The notes beneath the pieces are model-generated. The model was not told the DNA's origin. It did not search any database and saw nothing but the letters and a program-made list of their open reading frames with translations. This document shows, in pieces, positions 51,225 to 62,385 of a stretch of 64,000 nucleotides of DNA. Both the position numbers and the translations under genes were made by a program. Within the stretch, counting starts at the first letter, position 1, and each line of letters opens with the position of its first letter. This DNA is from Kudoa neothunni (lineage: Eukaryota; Animalia; Cnidaria): positions 7,522,966 to 7,586,965 of the forward strand of contig OZ199839.1 in assembly GCA_964304625.1 (NCBI GenBank), given 5' to 3'.

Positions 51225-54200
51225 ATGGAGAACACAACAGTTTTGTCGGAAAACTCCATTGACCATTTGAAAGACACGTGTCCCGAACTGACTCGAGTGA
51301 TTTTGACCTACTTCCAGGCATGGGAGAAAGCCTCAATCAAACGAAGAAGGAAACCTCAACTTTGTATTAAAGCCAACGAAATCGTAAAGATTTCAAAGCT
51401 CATTTTCAAGGCTAAAAGCGACATTTCCGTTTTATGTCGGAACCGACCGAAGTTGCCAACTACAGAAAAAACGCCGAATTTTGAAGATACGGATTTTGTG
51501 GATATCTCGATTGAAGCAAATGATGTATCTTATTCAGATCGAGTCGCAATCCGAAAACTGCAGACAAATCTGTCCAGAAACAGACGAAGTCTCAATTTTC
51601 TGTACGATGAGTTTATGACTCTAGTACAGAAAGCTGTAGATGACGCCGAGTTTCCAGCAGAGTTGTTGAATGTTGATGGATCTGTTGACATTTCAGCGGA
51701 CCTCAAATTCTTCCCGGTTTTCCCGAATCAGCCACTTTTAATTAATGAAGCGCATGTCACAGAAAAGCGTGTGATGAAGGCCACTGCTAATGGTGAAATT
51801 ATTATTGATGATTCGCCCAATGTTGTTCTAAGTGTTGAGAATGTTGTTGTTGTTCCTACTTCTCCAGAAGTGGTGAACTCAGCAAATTCTGCGAATAATG
51901 AGACGACATTGGAGTTGCCCGCGCAGCCAATTTCGCCATTGTCGAGTTCATTGCATAGTTTGGACGTTAATTCAGTTAATTCAGCTAAATCAGTCACTTT
52001 AACTAAATCTAATGTTAATTCTAAGTGCATTTCTAAAATTAAAAAAGTAAAAAACCCCATTCCGCATCTTTCAACTCCCGAATATGACCATTCTTTGCAT
52101 AATAATAGGATTTTTAACTTAAATAATCAAACTTGTAGTGAAGCTCCTATTTTAATCGACGAGAATGTTAATATTTCCCCTTCCTTAAATCAAAATTCAC
52201 CCCAAAATCCATCAATTCCGGAAGAAAATGTTCAACCTAGCCTCATCGAACGGTCCAAAACCTTCTTTAGAGCGCCTAGTTTGTCGTTTAATTCCCCTTT
52301 GAAATCAGCTAATGTCTCCATTGGTGCGATGATGAATAACTTTTTAAATGGCATTGTTGCCACTTTATCAAGTCCCGAATCATCTCCGAAACCCTCTCAA
52401 CCACAAAATGAAGATGATGAAGACAACGAAGAATACTTTGACTCGTTCGAAGAGCCAATGCAGATCCCCCATCTGGAAATTGCACTTCCTCTCTTGGATG
52501 TGGAAATGATGGATGACGCGGTCGAGCTGCGAAAGCCTCAAAAACGACGACATCAAGATATCTCCCCCTCGTCTTCTCCATCTCCATCTTCTTCACCTTC
52601 CCCCTCAAAGCACCCTGACGATAACACCTCCAACGACTCCTCCAGTGAAGACTGTGCCCCTAAAAAGGCCCATCTGGCACCCATTACCAATTCCCAACCT
52701 CCGCCTTTGTCCCTAATTGTCTCACCTGATGAAAACTTTTTATCCTCTCAGGATATTACCAAATTCATCCGAGACGTTAGGAGAAAGACGCGCAGAAGAA
52801 CCAAGAAACAAATCACCCCTAGACCGATGAGAATAACGAGATCTGCAGCAAAACTGCTCAGTTCTCAGTCTCAATCTCAAGAATCTCAACGTCCCCTTCC
52901 AACCCCGCCCAATCCACCTGCATTGGCACCCATCACTACTGTGGAAGTCATCTCATCACCCTCGAGACCCAGGTCTCCAAATCCTCCAACTCCCAATCCA
53001 ACCAAGAACGTGGCCTCTACACCGGAAGTTATCACCAACTCTCCATCTACTGCAACTACTGCACCTACTGCACCTACTGACGTGGCAAACAAATCATTCT
53101 GCTTCGACCCAATCGACGAAAACAACCCACCAATCCTTGAATTCTCCAACATACCCATCCATAATGATGTTAATAGCAATATTAACAACGACGTCATTAT
53201 CCTCGACACGGCCACCACTACTGAAGATCATATTGAAAATCGCATTGAAGAGACTCATGATGATATTGATATTGATGTAGATGTAGAAATGCCCCTCAAC
53301 TTTGAAAATCAACCCTTGAGAGAAGCAACCACCCAAGACGTCATGGAAGTGATGCGAGAACGAATTGGAAACAATTACGGACTCCCAGCTGCATCAGTTA
53401 CTCCATCCAATCAACGTAACCCTTCTGACCCATCACCATCAAACGTCCACACAACTGACGATATAATCGACGATAACGACGACGTTAATGCTGATCCACC
53501 CCAAGACGAGCAACCTCCTACCAACTTAAGTAAGTACCAATTGAGGAAATTAGAGGAGGAAAAGAAGCTCAAAGCTGCAGCGTCGATGATGAAGCACTTG
53601 ATCAATCATATAGGGTCCACTGCAACGTGTGACACCCTATATGCCCAATTTTTAGAGACCGCCATTGAGCATGCTAAAGAGCTCAAACTCCATCGAGTTC
53701 CCTTTACACGCCCCAATGACAATGACGCCGAAAATAGAGAAGCCAGCCCGTATGATGAGCACAATGTGGTGAGGAACAACAATCCGAATGACCCAAGCAC
53801 TACTTTCGTACGAAGGATACAACGCCCCCTAACAAAGAGAGCCCACGAGAGGAGACTCCGTGGACTCTACCGCACCAATATGAAGCGTTGTTTCCACGAA
53901 GTAGTGAATGACCCGCCAAAATGGTGCACTGCCTCTGCTACACAAATAACAGAAGCACTCACCCCTAATTTGTCCAATCCTCCACCAATTCCAGAAGAAG
54001 CTCCACCTCAAAACGCCTCTCCAATCCAGCAAGATGATGATAACGCTCCCATCCAATCCCAACGAGACATCTATGATTTCCAGCGGAACTACTCAGACAT
54101 CCACATCTCCCCCGAAGACGTTCTTTGTGCGCTTGAAAAAGCAAACAAAGACACAGCAGTTGGAACCGATGGTATCCAAATGACATTTTGGAAACGTCTT

Positions 54201-56471
54201 CCACAAATAGAGTTTGTGCTAGCCCCGCTATTTAACTGCTTCATCCGTACAAGCACCATCCCTCAAAGTTGGTTGGAATCAAGACTGGTCTTAATTCCCA
54301 AATCGAAGGATGCAGACAGCACTGACCCCCTGAATTACCGCCCGATTGCGATAACTCAAACAATCTACCGATTGTTCATGAGTTGTCTTAACAGAAAACT
54401 CAGACCCCTCATCCAACTGTCTCCATCTCAGAAAGGATTTATACAAAGCGATGGCTGTGTCGAACACGCCTTCACCCTACAAGAAATCCTGGATGACTCT
54501 CGCCGACGCCAGTCAAAAATCAACGCTGTTTGGATCGATATTCAAAAAGCGTTCGATTCGGTACCCCACAACTTTATCCTCCACCATCTACGTCAACAGA
54601 AAGTTCCTTCAAACATTGTCCAACTCATTGCCAATCTCTACGACAACAGTTACAGTCTGGTGACTGACAAAGACGGCAACAACTCCACAATCAACCCCAA
54701 CGGCCGTGGCGTGAGGCAGGGATGCCCCCTGTCTCCGCTACTCTTCAATTTAGTGATTGACCCCCTTCTGGAAGATATTGCCAACAGTGGAATCGGCTAC
54801 CCCCTCAGAGGACACAATATTGGTGCTCAATGCTTCGCAGATGATCTTGTCCTTCTAGCCAACAACGACGGAGATATGGATACCCTTTTGAAGAAAACCG
54901 AAGATTTCCTATCCAAAACCTCCCTGACCGTCAACCACTCCAAGTGCGCGAGCCTTAAAGTAAGTTACATTCAAGGTAGAAGATTCATCAACACCGTCTC
55001 CACAAACTCACCTACGCTTTTTGGAATCCACGTGCCCCCGATGCAAAACTACTACAAATATCTTGGCACCCAATCCAACCTTCAATCCTTCAAGAACCTC
55101 CCACCTGCTTTTGACGACTTTATTATGAAATTGACAAAAATCTCAAATTCTCCCCTTCTTCCCTTCCAAAAATTAAATCTCCTCAAGATATACGTATTCC
55201 CGAGCATCGACCACGTAATGAAGAATACCCTGCTCCGAATTGAAGACCTTGCCAAGATTGATGCCCTCATCTTACGAAATGTTCGCCAATGGCTCAATCT
55301 TCCAAACTCCTCAACGAAGAACATCTTCTACATCCCCAACTGTGCTGGAGGACTTGGCTTGAAACAGCTTACGAAGGACTATGCCGCCTTACGGCTGGCC
55401 GCTGGTCTGAATCTGCTGAATTCCAAGGATGAAACCATCCAACTTGTAGCAAGACAGTCCCTTCAAGAAATCTGTGCCAAACGAAGCAACCACTCCATGG
55501 ATCCACTCACCTATCTTCATCTGGATGAAGAACCTTGCGTGTCTCGAGACATTCGAAGTCTTATGTCTTCAATGCGTTTGAACCGCAAATCAATCAAAGT
55601 GGACCTCCTCCAACCTTCTGAAGATCTAAACCACATGGAGATTGACGACGAAAGTCTCAATCCTCCCATTTTCCCTCCAAAAAATCCAACTTTCCAACCC
55701 ACCCGCATCAAGAAGCTCCGTTGGCACCTACAATCCAACCATCTCCGTCTACTCAAGGCCCAAGTAGACCAAGGACGCTCCGCTGGCTGTTTTAGTCAAC
55801 ACGCTGAATCCAACTCGTGGACCCGAACCGGTAATATAAAAATTTCATCATTTAGGTTCGGTCTCATGGGTAGAATTAACGTGCTCCCGACAATGACAGT
55901 GCTACACCGTGCCCAATCTACGCTTGATACACAATGCCGCCGATGTTCGTGCCAAGTGGAAACACTTGGACACATTCTGAATGGCTGTCCAAACAACAGA
56001 AACGAGATCATCCTTCGCCACAACTCAATTTTAGAATTCATCGCCTCCAAAATCAAGGTTGGAAAAAAGTATGAACTCCTGATCGACCGATTATTCCCCG
56101 ATGGTGTCCTAATTGGCGACCGACGACCAGACATCCAACTTATCCACCGCCGCTCCAAGACGATAATCGTAGCTGACGTCTCCGTCTGCTATGAATCATC
56201 CCTACAACGCATGGACGAGGTAAGAGAGCACAAAATCCGGAAATACGCCGACGAGTTTGCTCTACTTGAACAAGCTGGCTGGAAGATTCTCCCAACTGCG
56301 CTCATCTTTGGATCCCTCGGCTCTCACCACCCGCTCAATTCCCAGGCTTACACCCTCCTCCACATTCAAAACCAGAAGAGAGTGAAAACCTTGATGAAAA
56401 ACATCACAACCAATCTGATCGAAAGTTCCCACATGATTTGGAATAATCATGTGAGAACGACTAGATCCTAA
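51225..56471 (+). CDS. 1748-aa RT-RLE protein, identical to copy 1
   Basis: Identical translation in the ORF track. Confidence 0.97.
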   Translation: MENTTVLSENSIDHLKDTCPELTRVILTYFQAWEKASIKRRRKPQLCIKANEIVKISKLIFKAKSDISVLCRNRPKLPTTEKTPNFEDTDFVDISIEANDVSYSDRVAIRKLQTNLSRNRRSLNFLYDEFMTLVQKAVDDAEFPAELLNVDGSVDISADLKFFPVFPNQPLLINEAHVTEKRVMKATANGEIIIDDSPNVVLSVENVVVVPTSPEVVNSANSANNETTLELPAQPISPLSSSLHSLDVNSVNSAKSVTLTKSNVNSKCISKIKKVKNPIPHLSTPEYDHSLHNNRIFNLNNQTCSEAPILIDENVNISPSLNQNSPQNPSIPEENVQPSLIERSKTFFRAPSLSFNSPLKSANVSIGAMMNNFLNGIVATLSSPESSPKPSQPQNEDDEDNEEYFDSFEEPMQIPHLEIALPLLDVEMMDDAVELRKPQKRRHQDISPSSSPSPSSSPSPSKHPDDNTSNDSSSEDCAPKKAHLAPITNSQPPPLSLIVSPDENFLSSQDITKFIRDVRRKTRRRTKKQITPRPMRITRSAAKLLSSQSQSQESQRPLPTPPNPPALAPITTVEVISSPSRPRSPNPPTPNPTKNVASTPEVITNSPSTATTAPTAPTDVANKSFCFDPIDENNPPILEFSNIPIHNDVNSNINNDVIILDTATTTEDHIENRIEETHDDIDIDVDVEMPLNFENQPLREATTQDVMEVMRERIGNNYGLPAASVTPSNQRNPSDPSPSNVHTTDDIIDDNDDVNADPPQDEQPPTNLSKYQLRKLEEEKKLKAAASMMKHLINHIGSTATCDTLYAQFLETAIEHAKELKLHRVPFTRPNDNDAENREASPYDEHNVVRNNNPNDPSTTFVRRIQRPLTKRAHERRLRGLYRTNMKRCFHEVVNDPPKWCTASATQITEALTPNLSNPPPIPEEAPPQNASPIQQDDDNAPIQSQRDIYDFQRNYSDIHISPEDVLCALEKANKDTAVGTDGIQMTFWKRLPQIEFVLAPLFNCFIRTSTIPQSWLESRLVLIPKSKDADSTDPLNYRPIAITQTIYRLFMSCLNRKLRPLIQLSPSQKGFIQSDGCVEHAFTLQEILDDSRRRQSKINAVWIDIQKAFDSVPHNFILHHLRQQKVPSNIVQLIANLYDNSYSLVTDKDGNNSTINPNGRGVRQGCPLSPLLFNLVIDPLLEDIANSGIGYPLRGHNIGAQCFADDLVLLANNDGDMDTLLKKTEDFLSKTSLTVNHSKCASLKVSYIQGRRFINTVSTNSPTLFGIHVPPMQNYYKYLGTQSNLQSFKNLPPAFDDFIMKLTKISNSPLLPFQKLNLLKIYVFPSIDHVMKNTLLRIEDLAKIDALILRNVRQWLNLPNSSTKNIFYIPNCAGGLGLKQLTKDYAALRLAAGLNLLNSKDETIQLVARQSLQEICAKRSNHSMDPLTYLHLDEEPCVSRDIRSLMSSMRLNRKSIKVDLLQPSEDLNHMEIDDESLNPPIFPPKNPTFQPTRIKKLRWHLQSNHLRLLKAQVDQGRSAGCFSQHAESNSWTRTGNIKISSFRFGLMGRINVLPTMTVLHRAQSTLDTQCRRCSCQVETLGHILNGCPNNRNEIILRHNSILEFIASKIKVGKKYELLIDRLFPDGVLIGDRRPDIQLIHRRSKTIIVADVSVCYESSLQRMDEVREHKIRKYADEFALLEQAGWKILPTALIFGSLGSHHPLNSQAYTLLHIQNQKRVKTLMKNITTNLIESSHMIWNNHVRTTRS

Positions 56472-56642
56472 CAAAATTATCAAATCTTCCTACTTCATCG
56501 TGCATCTGCTGATTCCAATATCCATCCATCCATCCATCAATATGTCCACCATTCCAATCTACACAAATCAACATTAGTTTAGTTAGTCTAGTCACTAAAA
56601 GTAACTTATTTATTAATCACGATAGCATTCGTTAGTTTTCGG

Positions 56643-56678
56643 AATCCATCGACCCGAGTTCGAATCTCGGTACAACCA
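56643..56678 (+). repeat. 3' half of tRNA-Gln, B-type acceptor TACAACCA
   Basis: Differs from A-type at two acceptor bases; perfectly complementary to GGTTGTA at 45416. Confidence 0.95.
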
Positions 56679-56819
56679 CTTCCATTTTACATTTTTGGAA
56701 CTATTGTCTTTTTTGCGGCTATTTTTTGGCGTTTGTTGCGGCTGAATTATATTTAGGAAGCTAAAGTAAGTTTTTTTCTTGTTGTGGTTAATTTTTTAGG
56801 AAATTCCTACCGTGGGAAG

Positions 56820-59800
56820 ATGCCGAATTCAACGAATATTACTGAAAACTCCAACAACCATACTGCAACCGCATGCGCCGAAGTGTCACGAACTGTTTTA
56901 ACCTACTTCCAGGCTTGGGAAGTAGCCAAAATTAAACGTACACGTAGGCCCAAACTATGTGGAAAAGCACGCGAAATCGTTAAAATGATAGAGCGCATTA
57001 ACACCGTCAAAATTGAAATTTCCGATCTATGTCGCCATGGCCCGAATTCGGAAAATTTGCCAAATGTTGAAAACTTGGAAACTGCTCTATCTACCGTCAA
57101 TCCTGATATTCCGTTAGATGTAATTAATGATACTAAGGCTGCAGTTAAAAAATTACGGGCAAAGATGTGGCGGAACAAGCGTAGTCTTGGATTAATGTAT
57201 GAGGACTTTATATCCTTAATACAAGAATCTGTTGACAACGATGAATTCCCTGCTGAATTGTTTAATGAAGATGGGTCTGTTGATATATCAAAAGATCTCA
57301 AATTCTTTCCAGTTAAAGCTAACCAACCAAATCTCCTAGAATCGGACATTGTTAACTCAAAGCGCATTTTTAAAGCAGATTCAAGTGGCAAATTTGTGAA
57401 TGTAGATTGTCCTAGTGATGTTCTTAATGATGTTAATAATTCTGGTCCATCAGCTACTCCAGTAGTTGAGAAATCAGCAATTATTGAAGATTCCCGAACG
57501 ACATCAAACATGCCCGCGCATCCCAATCCGCCATTACAAAGTTCCTTGCATAGCTCCTTTACTAGACCAGTTAACAATCCGGTTCCTGCGCCTAATCTTA
57601 ACTCTAATTTACCTCCTTCATCTAGTTTAATTCATTCTAATCTTAATTCTAACCTTAGCGCTAAAAACCCTAATTCCAATTATTTAAATAATCCATCTAG
57701 CTCCCTTAATCCTTCAAATTTTAAAACTATTCCTTCTAATAATTCTGATACTATTAATTCCCAATCTATTTCTAATTCTAGCTCTAAACTTAACGCCACG
57801 CTTAACTCTAAAACTAACAAATTAACCAATTCTAGTTCTAATACTAAAATTAACATTCCTTCCAATATTGCGCCAACTTATGATCATTCCTTGAATAGTA
57901 ATAAGATTTTTAACACTTTAAACAATCCTTCTCTTAATGCCAAAAACAACAACATGCCCAGAAATTCTAAAAAAAAACTCTCTGAAGTGTCGTCCGAACA
58001 CTCACACTCTGCGGGTCTTAACCCTCCTCTTGAAGAAAATCAAGAACCCCTGCTGAAAGATAGGTCCAAAACCTTCTTCAAAGCTCCCCCTTCATCCAAA
58101 AACAAGATTAACATGTCCGTTGGCCAAATGATGAATGATTTCCTCAACGATGTTGCTACTGCTTCGATTCCAGACCAGAGCAATCATTGTTCCAATCTTA
58201 ACAGTTTGCTTGAAGTTGAAATCCCCTTAATCGATATGATGAATGATGACACCAACACAAAACTTCCCACTAAACGTAAACATCATTCAATCTCTCTCAA
58301 CAATAATGTGGACAACCATCAACATTGTAAATCAGCTCCTGAAGATTGTACTCAAGATTTTTCACCCAAGAAAACCAGATTCTCTCTGGACAAGTCTCCA
58401 TTCTCATCACCTCCCTTTTCTTCCAAAATTCCACGACTTTCCCTAATTAAATCCCCTAAAGAATTTCAAATTGCCTCACAAGAAATTAATGACTTTATAA
58501 GAATGGCAAAAGCGAAATCCTTTATTGGGAATAATTCGAAGAAACCAAAATCCACAAGAAATCCACCAAATCGTAACAACACTTCCTCTCCAATGGTTAT
58601 TCCCTCTACATCCCTTCGTCCGCAAACACAAGAAGCTCCCATCACAATTTTGTCCTCTCCCTCTTCTCCGATTAAAGCCCCCGAAGAAAGTCCCATGCAA
58701 GAATTCCTTTATTTCAGCCTAGATGAAAGTGAACACAATGGAAATCCCAACATATCACAACAATCCTTTGTATTCGACCCTATCGATGCAACTTCCCAAC
58801 CTAACCTCAATTTCTCTCTTCTCAATACATCTAATATTGTTGAAGATGAATTCCCCAAAGAAAATCCAGCTAAATTGAATCAACATGAAGTTCCTCAAGA
58901 AGAAAATACTGGACTAAGAACCGTTACCACCCAGGATGTTATGGTGGTCATGCGTGATCGTATTGGCAACAATTATGGTCTCCCTGATCTCCATAGCATT
59001 ACCCCAAACGATGACACAGTTCTACAAAACTCAATTTGTGATCCTGCTCCCTCAAACGCCCACCATAACGCTCCTCCTACTTTCAACAACACTGTCCACG
59101 AGCAATCACAAATAGATCAAGAAGATGCCCAAGATAGAGAACCTTCTAACCTCAACAAATACCAAAAGAGGAAGCTTGAAGAGGAAAAGAAACTAAAGGC
59201 AGCCGCAACAATGATGAAACATCTGTTAAATCATATTGGTTCAAACCAATCTTGCGACGCACTCTACGAAACTTTTCTTTCTTCCGCTATTGAACATGCT
59301 AAGAATCTTAACATGCACCGAATGCCCTTCACTCGCCCTAATGATAATTCGCCCGAAAATCGAGATGAGAACCCCTACAACGAACATAACGTAGTGCGAA
59401 ACAACAACCCCGCCGATCCAAGCCCGACGTTTGTTAGACGAATTCAACGTCCTCTAACAAAAAGTGCCCATGAAAGAAGGCTTCGTGGCTTGTATAGAAC
59501 GAACATGAAGCGCTGTTTCCATGAAATAGTCCAAGATCCTCCCAGATGGTGCACTGCTTCTGCCGACCAAATAGCAGAGTCATTTGCATCCATCTCATCC
59601 ATTCCACCACCTATCATCGACGACGAACCTCTCCCATCTCCTCTCAATTCGAATGCTCCATCACAACATTCACAGATTCAAGACAAAGATCACCAACCAG
59701 GAAAACATTTAGCAGACGATATCTACAACTTTGACATTAACTATTCTGATTTCCATATTTCGCCCGAAGATGTCCTCTTTTCAATAGAGAAAGCCAATAA

Positions 59801-62123
59801 GGACACTGCTGTGGGAACCGACGGTATCCAAATGACCTTTTGGAAACGGTTACCCCAAATTGAATTCGTTCTGGCTCCGCTCTTCAACTACATCCTTCGT
59901 ACGAGTACCATCCCCAAAAGTTGGCTCGAATCAAGACTGGTGCTACTACCCAAATCCAAAGACGCAGCGACTGATAACCCCACTAATTACCGCCCGATCT
60001 CAATCACTCAAACAGTCTACCGATTGTTCATGAGCTGCTTGAATCGAAAACTCCGCCCGATGATAAAGTTATCTCCTGCTCAGAAAGGCTTCATTCAAAG
60101 TGATGGATGTGTCGAACATGCTTTCACTTTACAAGAAATCCTGGACGACTCAAGACGTCATCTCTCCAAAATCAATGCTGTCTGGATAGACATTCAAAAA
60201 GCATTTGATTCTGTCCCACACAATCGTATCATCCACCAACTCCGTCGCCATCACATCCCAACCAACATCGTCAACCTAATTTCCAACCTGCATGAAGGTT
60301 CCTTCAACATCGCAACAGATAAAGAAGGAAACACCTCCAATATCCATCTCAACGGCCGAGGCGTGAGACAAGGTTGTCCCCTGTCTCCCCTCCTTTTCAA
60401 TATGGTTATCGACCCTCTTCTCGATGAGATCGTTAACGGTGGTATTGGCTACCCACTCCGTGGGCAGAACATTGGTGTTCAGTGCTTTGCTGATGACTTG
60501 GTCCTACTAGCGAAGACACCTACAGATATGGATTCCCTCCTAAGAACTGCTGAAGACTTCTTTACGAAAACTTCGTTAACTGTCAACCATTCCAAATGTG
60601 CTAGTCTCAAAGTTAGTTATCTATATAGCAGAAGAGTCATCAACAACCAACTGTCCAACTCACCTCAACTTTTTGGTACCCACATCCCCCCAATGAAGAA
60701 CCACTACAAATATCTTGGAACTCAATCAAATTTACAATCTTTTAAAGACCTTCCACCTGCTTTCGACGATTTCACTCAAAAATTGAAGAAAATCTCCAAC
60801 TCCCCACTCTTCCCATTCCAAAAGATCAATCTTCTCAAGATATATGTAACACCAATGCTAGACCACGTAATGAAGAATACTATCCTCCGTATTGATGATC
60901 TGGCCAAAATTGATGCCCTAATTTTACGCAATGTTCGTCAGTGGCTCAATTTACCCAACTCCTGCACGAAGCATGTATTCTACCTTCCCAATTCTGCTGG
61001 TGGACTCGGCTTAAGACAACTCACCAAGGATTATGCTGCCTTGAGATTAGCCGCTGGGCTCAATCTGTTGAACTCTGCCGATGAACCCATCCAAAAAGTT
61101 GCCCGTCTGTCTCTGGAAGAAATTTGTAATAAGAGGACCAAGAACTCCATGGACCCGTTAACATACCTCCACTTGGATGAAGAACCCTGCGTTTCTCGCG
61201 ATATCAGAAGCCTCTTGTCCTCTATGCGTCTGAATCGCAAATCTATCAAAGTCGACCTTTGCCAACCTTCCGATGATCCCAATCATATGGACATCGATGA
61301 TGAATCCCTCAACCCACCAATTTTTCCACCCAAGAACCCAACCTTCCGTCCCACTCGTATCAAGAAGCTACGATGGCACCTTCAAGCATCCCACCTCAAC
61401 CTCCTCAAAAACCAACCTGACCAAGGACGCTCCGCTGGCTGCTTCAGTCAACACCACGAATCGAACTCATGGACCAGAACCGGTAACATAAAAATATCTT
61501 CTTTTAGGTTCGGTCTCATGGGTAGAGTCAACGTGCTCCCGACTATGACAGTCCTCCATCGCGCCAAATCCACACTCGACACATCCTGCCGCCGTTGCTC
61601 ATGCCAGGTGGAAACACTTGGACACATTTTGAACGGCTGCCCCAACAACAAAAATGAGATAATTCTTCGCCACAACAACGTCCTGGAGACAATTGCCTCT
61701 AAAATCAAAGTGGGCAAGAAGTACGACCTCAAAATTGACCAACTCTTCCCCAATGGTGTCCTTATCGGCGACCGAAGACCCGACATCCAACTCATCCACC
61801 AACGCTCCAAGACCATCATCGTAGCCGACGTCTCCATATGCTACGAATCTTCTGTGACCCGTATGAACGAGGTAAGGGATCATAAGATCCGAAAATACGC
61901 AGATGAGTTTGCCCTGCTTGAACAAGCGGGCTGGAAAGTCCTACCGACTGCCCTCATCTATGGTTCCCTCGGCTCCCACCACCCCCTCAACTCTCAGGCC
62001 TACACCCTTCTCCACATTCAAAACGAGAAGAAAGTGAAGACCCTTATGAAAAACATCACCTCCAACCTGATCGAAAGTTCTCACATGATTTGGAATAATC
62101 ATGTGAGAACGACTAGATCGTGA
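56820..62123 (+). CDS. 1767-aa RT-RLE protein, family B
   Basis: ATG 56820 is in the same GGAAGATG context and at the same 177-nt offset as in A; all catalytic motifs intact. Confidence 0.93.
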   Translation: MPNSTNITENSNNHTATACAEVSRTVLTYFQAWEVAKIKRTRRPKLCGKAREIVKMIERINTVKIEISDLCRHGPNSENLPNVENLETALSTVNPDIPLDVINDTKAAVKKLRAKMWRNKRSLGLMYEDFISLIQESVDNDEFPAELFNEDGSVDISKDLKFFPVKANQPNLLESDIVNSKRIFKADSSGKFVNVDCPSDVLNDVNNSGPSATPVVEKSAIIEDSRTTSNMPAHPNPPLQSSLHSSFTRPVNNPVPAPNLNSNLPPSSSLIHSNLNSNLSAKNPNSNYLNNPSSSLNPSNFKTIPSNNSDTINSQSISNSSSKLNATLNSKTNKLTNSSSNTKINIPSNIAPTYDHSLNSNKIFNTLNNPSLNAKNNNMPRNSKKKLSEVSSEHSHSAGLNPPLEENQEPLLKDRSKTFFKAPPSSKNKINMSVGQMMNDFLNDVATASIPDQSNHCSNLNSLLEVEIPLIDMMNDDTNTKLPTKRKHHSISLNNNVDNHQHCKSAPEDCTQDFSPKKTRFSLDKSPFSSPPFSSKIPRLSLIKSPKEFQIASQEINDFIRMAKAKSFIGNNSKKPKSTRNPPNRNNTSSPMVIPSTSLRPQTQEAPITILSSPSSPIKAPEESPMQEFLYFSLDESEHNGNPNISQQSFVFDPIDATSQPNLNFSLLNTSNIVEDEFPKENPAKLNQHEVPQEENTGLRTVTTQDVMVVMRDRIGNNYGLPDLHSITPNDDTVLQNSICDPAPSNAHHNAPPTFNNTVHEQSQIDQEDAQDREPSNLNKYQKRKLEEEKKLKAAATMMKHLLNHIGSNQSCDALYETFLSSAIEHAKNLNMHRMPFTRPNDNSPENRDENPYNEHNVVRNNNPADPSPTFVRRIQRPLTKSAHERRLRGLYRTNMKRCFHEIVQDPPRWCTASADQIAESFASISSIPPPIIDDEPLPSPLNSNAPSQHSQIQDKDHQPGKHLADDIYNFDINYSDFHISPEDVLFSIEKANKDTAVGTDGIQMTFWKRLPQIEFVLAPLFNYILRTSTIPKSWLESRLVLLPKSKDAATDNPTNYRPISITQTVYRLFMSCLNRKLRPMIKLSPAQKGFIQSDGCVEHAFTLQEILDDSRRHLSKINAVWIDIQKAFDSVPHNRIIHQLRRHHIPTNIVNLISNLHEGSFNIATDKEGNTSNIHLNGRGVRQGCPLSPLLFNMVIDPLLDEIVNGGIGYPLRGQNIGVQCFADDLVLLAKTPTDMDSLLRTAEDFFTKTSLTVNHSKCASLKVSYLYSRRVINNQLSNSPQLFGTHIPPMKNHYKYLGTQSNLQSFKDLPPAFDDFTQKLKKISNSPLFPFQKINLLKIYVTPMLDHVMKNTILRIDDLAKIDALILRNVRQWLNLPNSCTKHVFYLPNSAGGLGLRQLTKDYAALRLAAGLNLLNSADEPIQKVARLSLEEICNKRTKNSMDPLTYLHLDEEPCVSRDIRSLLSSMRLNRKSIKVDLCQPSDDPNHMDIDDESLNPPIFPPKNPTFRPTRIKKLRWHLQASHLNLLKNQPDQGRSAGCFSQHHESNSWTRTGNIKISSFRFGLMGRVNVLPTMTVLHRAKSTLDTSCRRCSCQVETLGHILNGCPNNKNEIILRHNNVLETIASKIKVGKKYDLKIDQLFPNGVLIGDRRPDIQLIHQRSKTIIVADVSICYESSVTRMNEVRDHKIRKYADEFALLEQAGWKVLPTALIYGSLGSHHPLNSQAYTLLHIQNEKKVKTLMKNITSNLIESSHMIWNNHVRTTRS

Positions 62124-62349
62124 TTGTCCTAATTGTTCTTATCCAACCCTCGACAACAACCTCATTCCATTGATGATACGAGATGATGATATGATGATAA
62201 CCTCCAAAAATCCACCTTCAACTTCCACCACCAAATTTCCACATCCATCCATTCTATGCTACTGTCCATTTCCAAATTTCTACATCCAAGCCAACTTCCT
62301 AAAAACTATATTAGATCATATACACATTAGCATAGATTAATTTTCGGTA

Positions 62350-62385
62350 AATCCATCGACCCGAGTTCGAATCTCGGTACGGCCA
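62350..62385 (+). repeat. 3' half of tRNA-Gln, A-type
   Basis: Identical to 45453-45488. Confidence 0.95.

Larger units (their letters stand above)
51048..56642 (+). mobile_element. Family A, copy 2 (5595 bp)
   Basis: All six-frame ORFs identical to copy 1 at offset +5595. Confidence 0.95.
56643..62349 (+). mobile_element. RLE-type non-LTR retrotransposon, family B (5707 bp)
   Basis: Same architecture as A; RT and RLE highly similar; linker and 3' UTR diverged. Confidence 0.95.

Noticed and set aside
56784-56819. GTG start proposed for the family B ORF
   Set aside because: Eukaryotic context; it lies inside the intron-like segment, and ATG 56820 aligns with the family A start.
45453-62385. 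36-bp direct repeats as a CRISPR array or retron/DGR-like system
   Set aside because: The spacers are 5.6-kb retrotransposons, there are no cas genes, and the RT is non-LTR type with an RLE domain.
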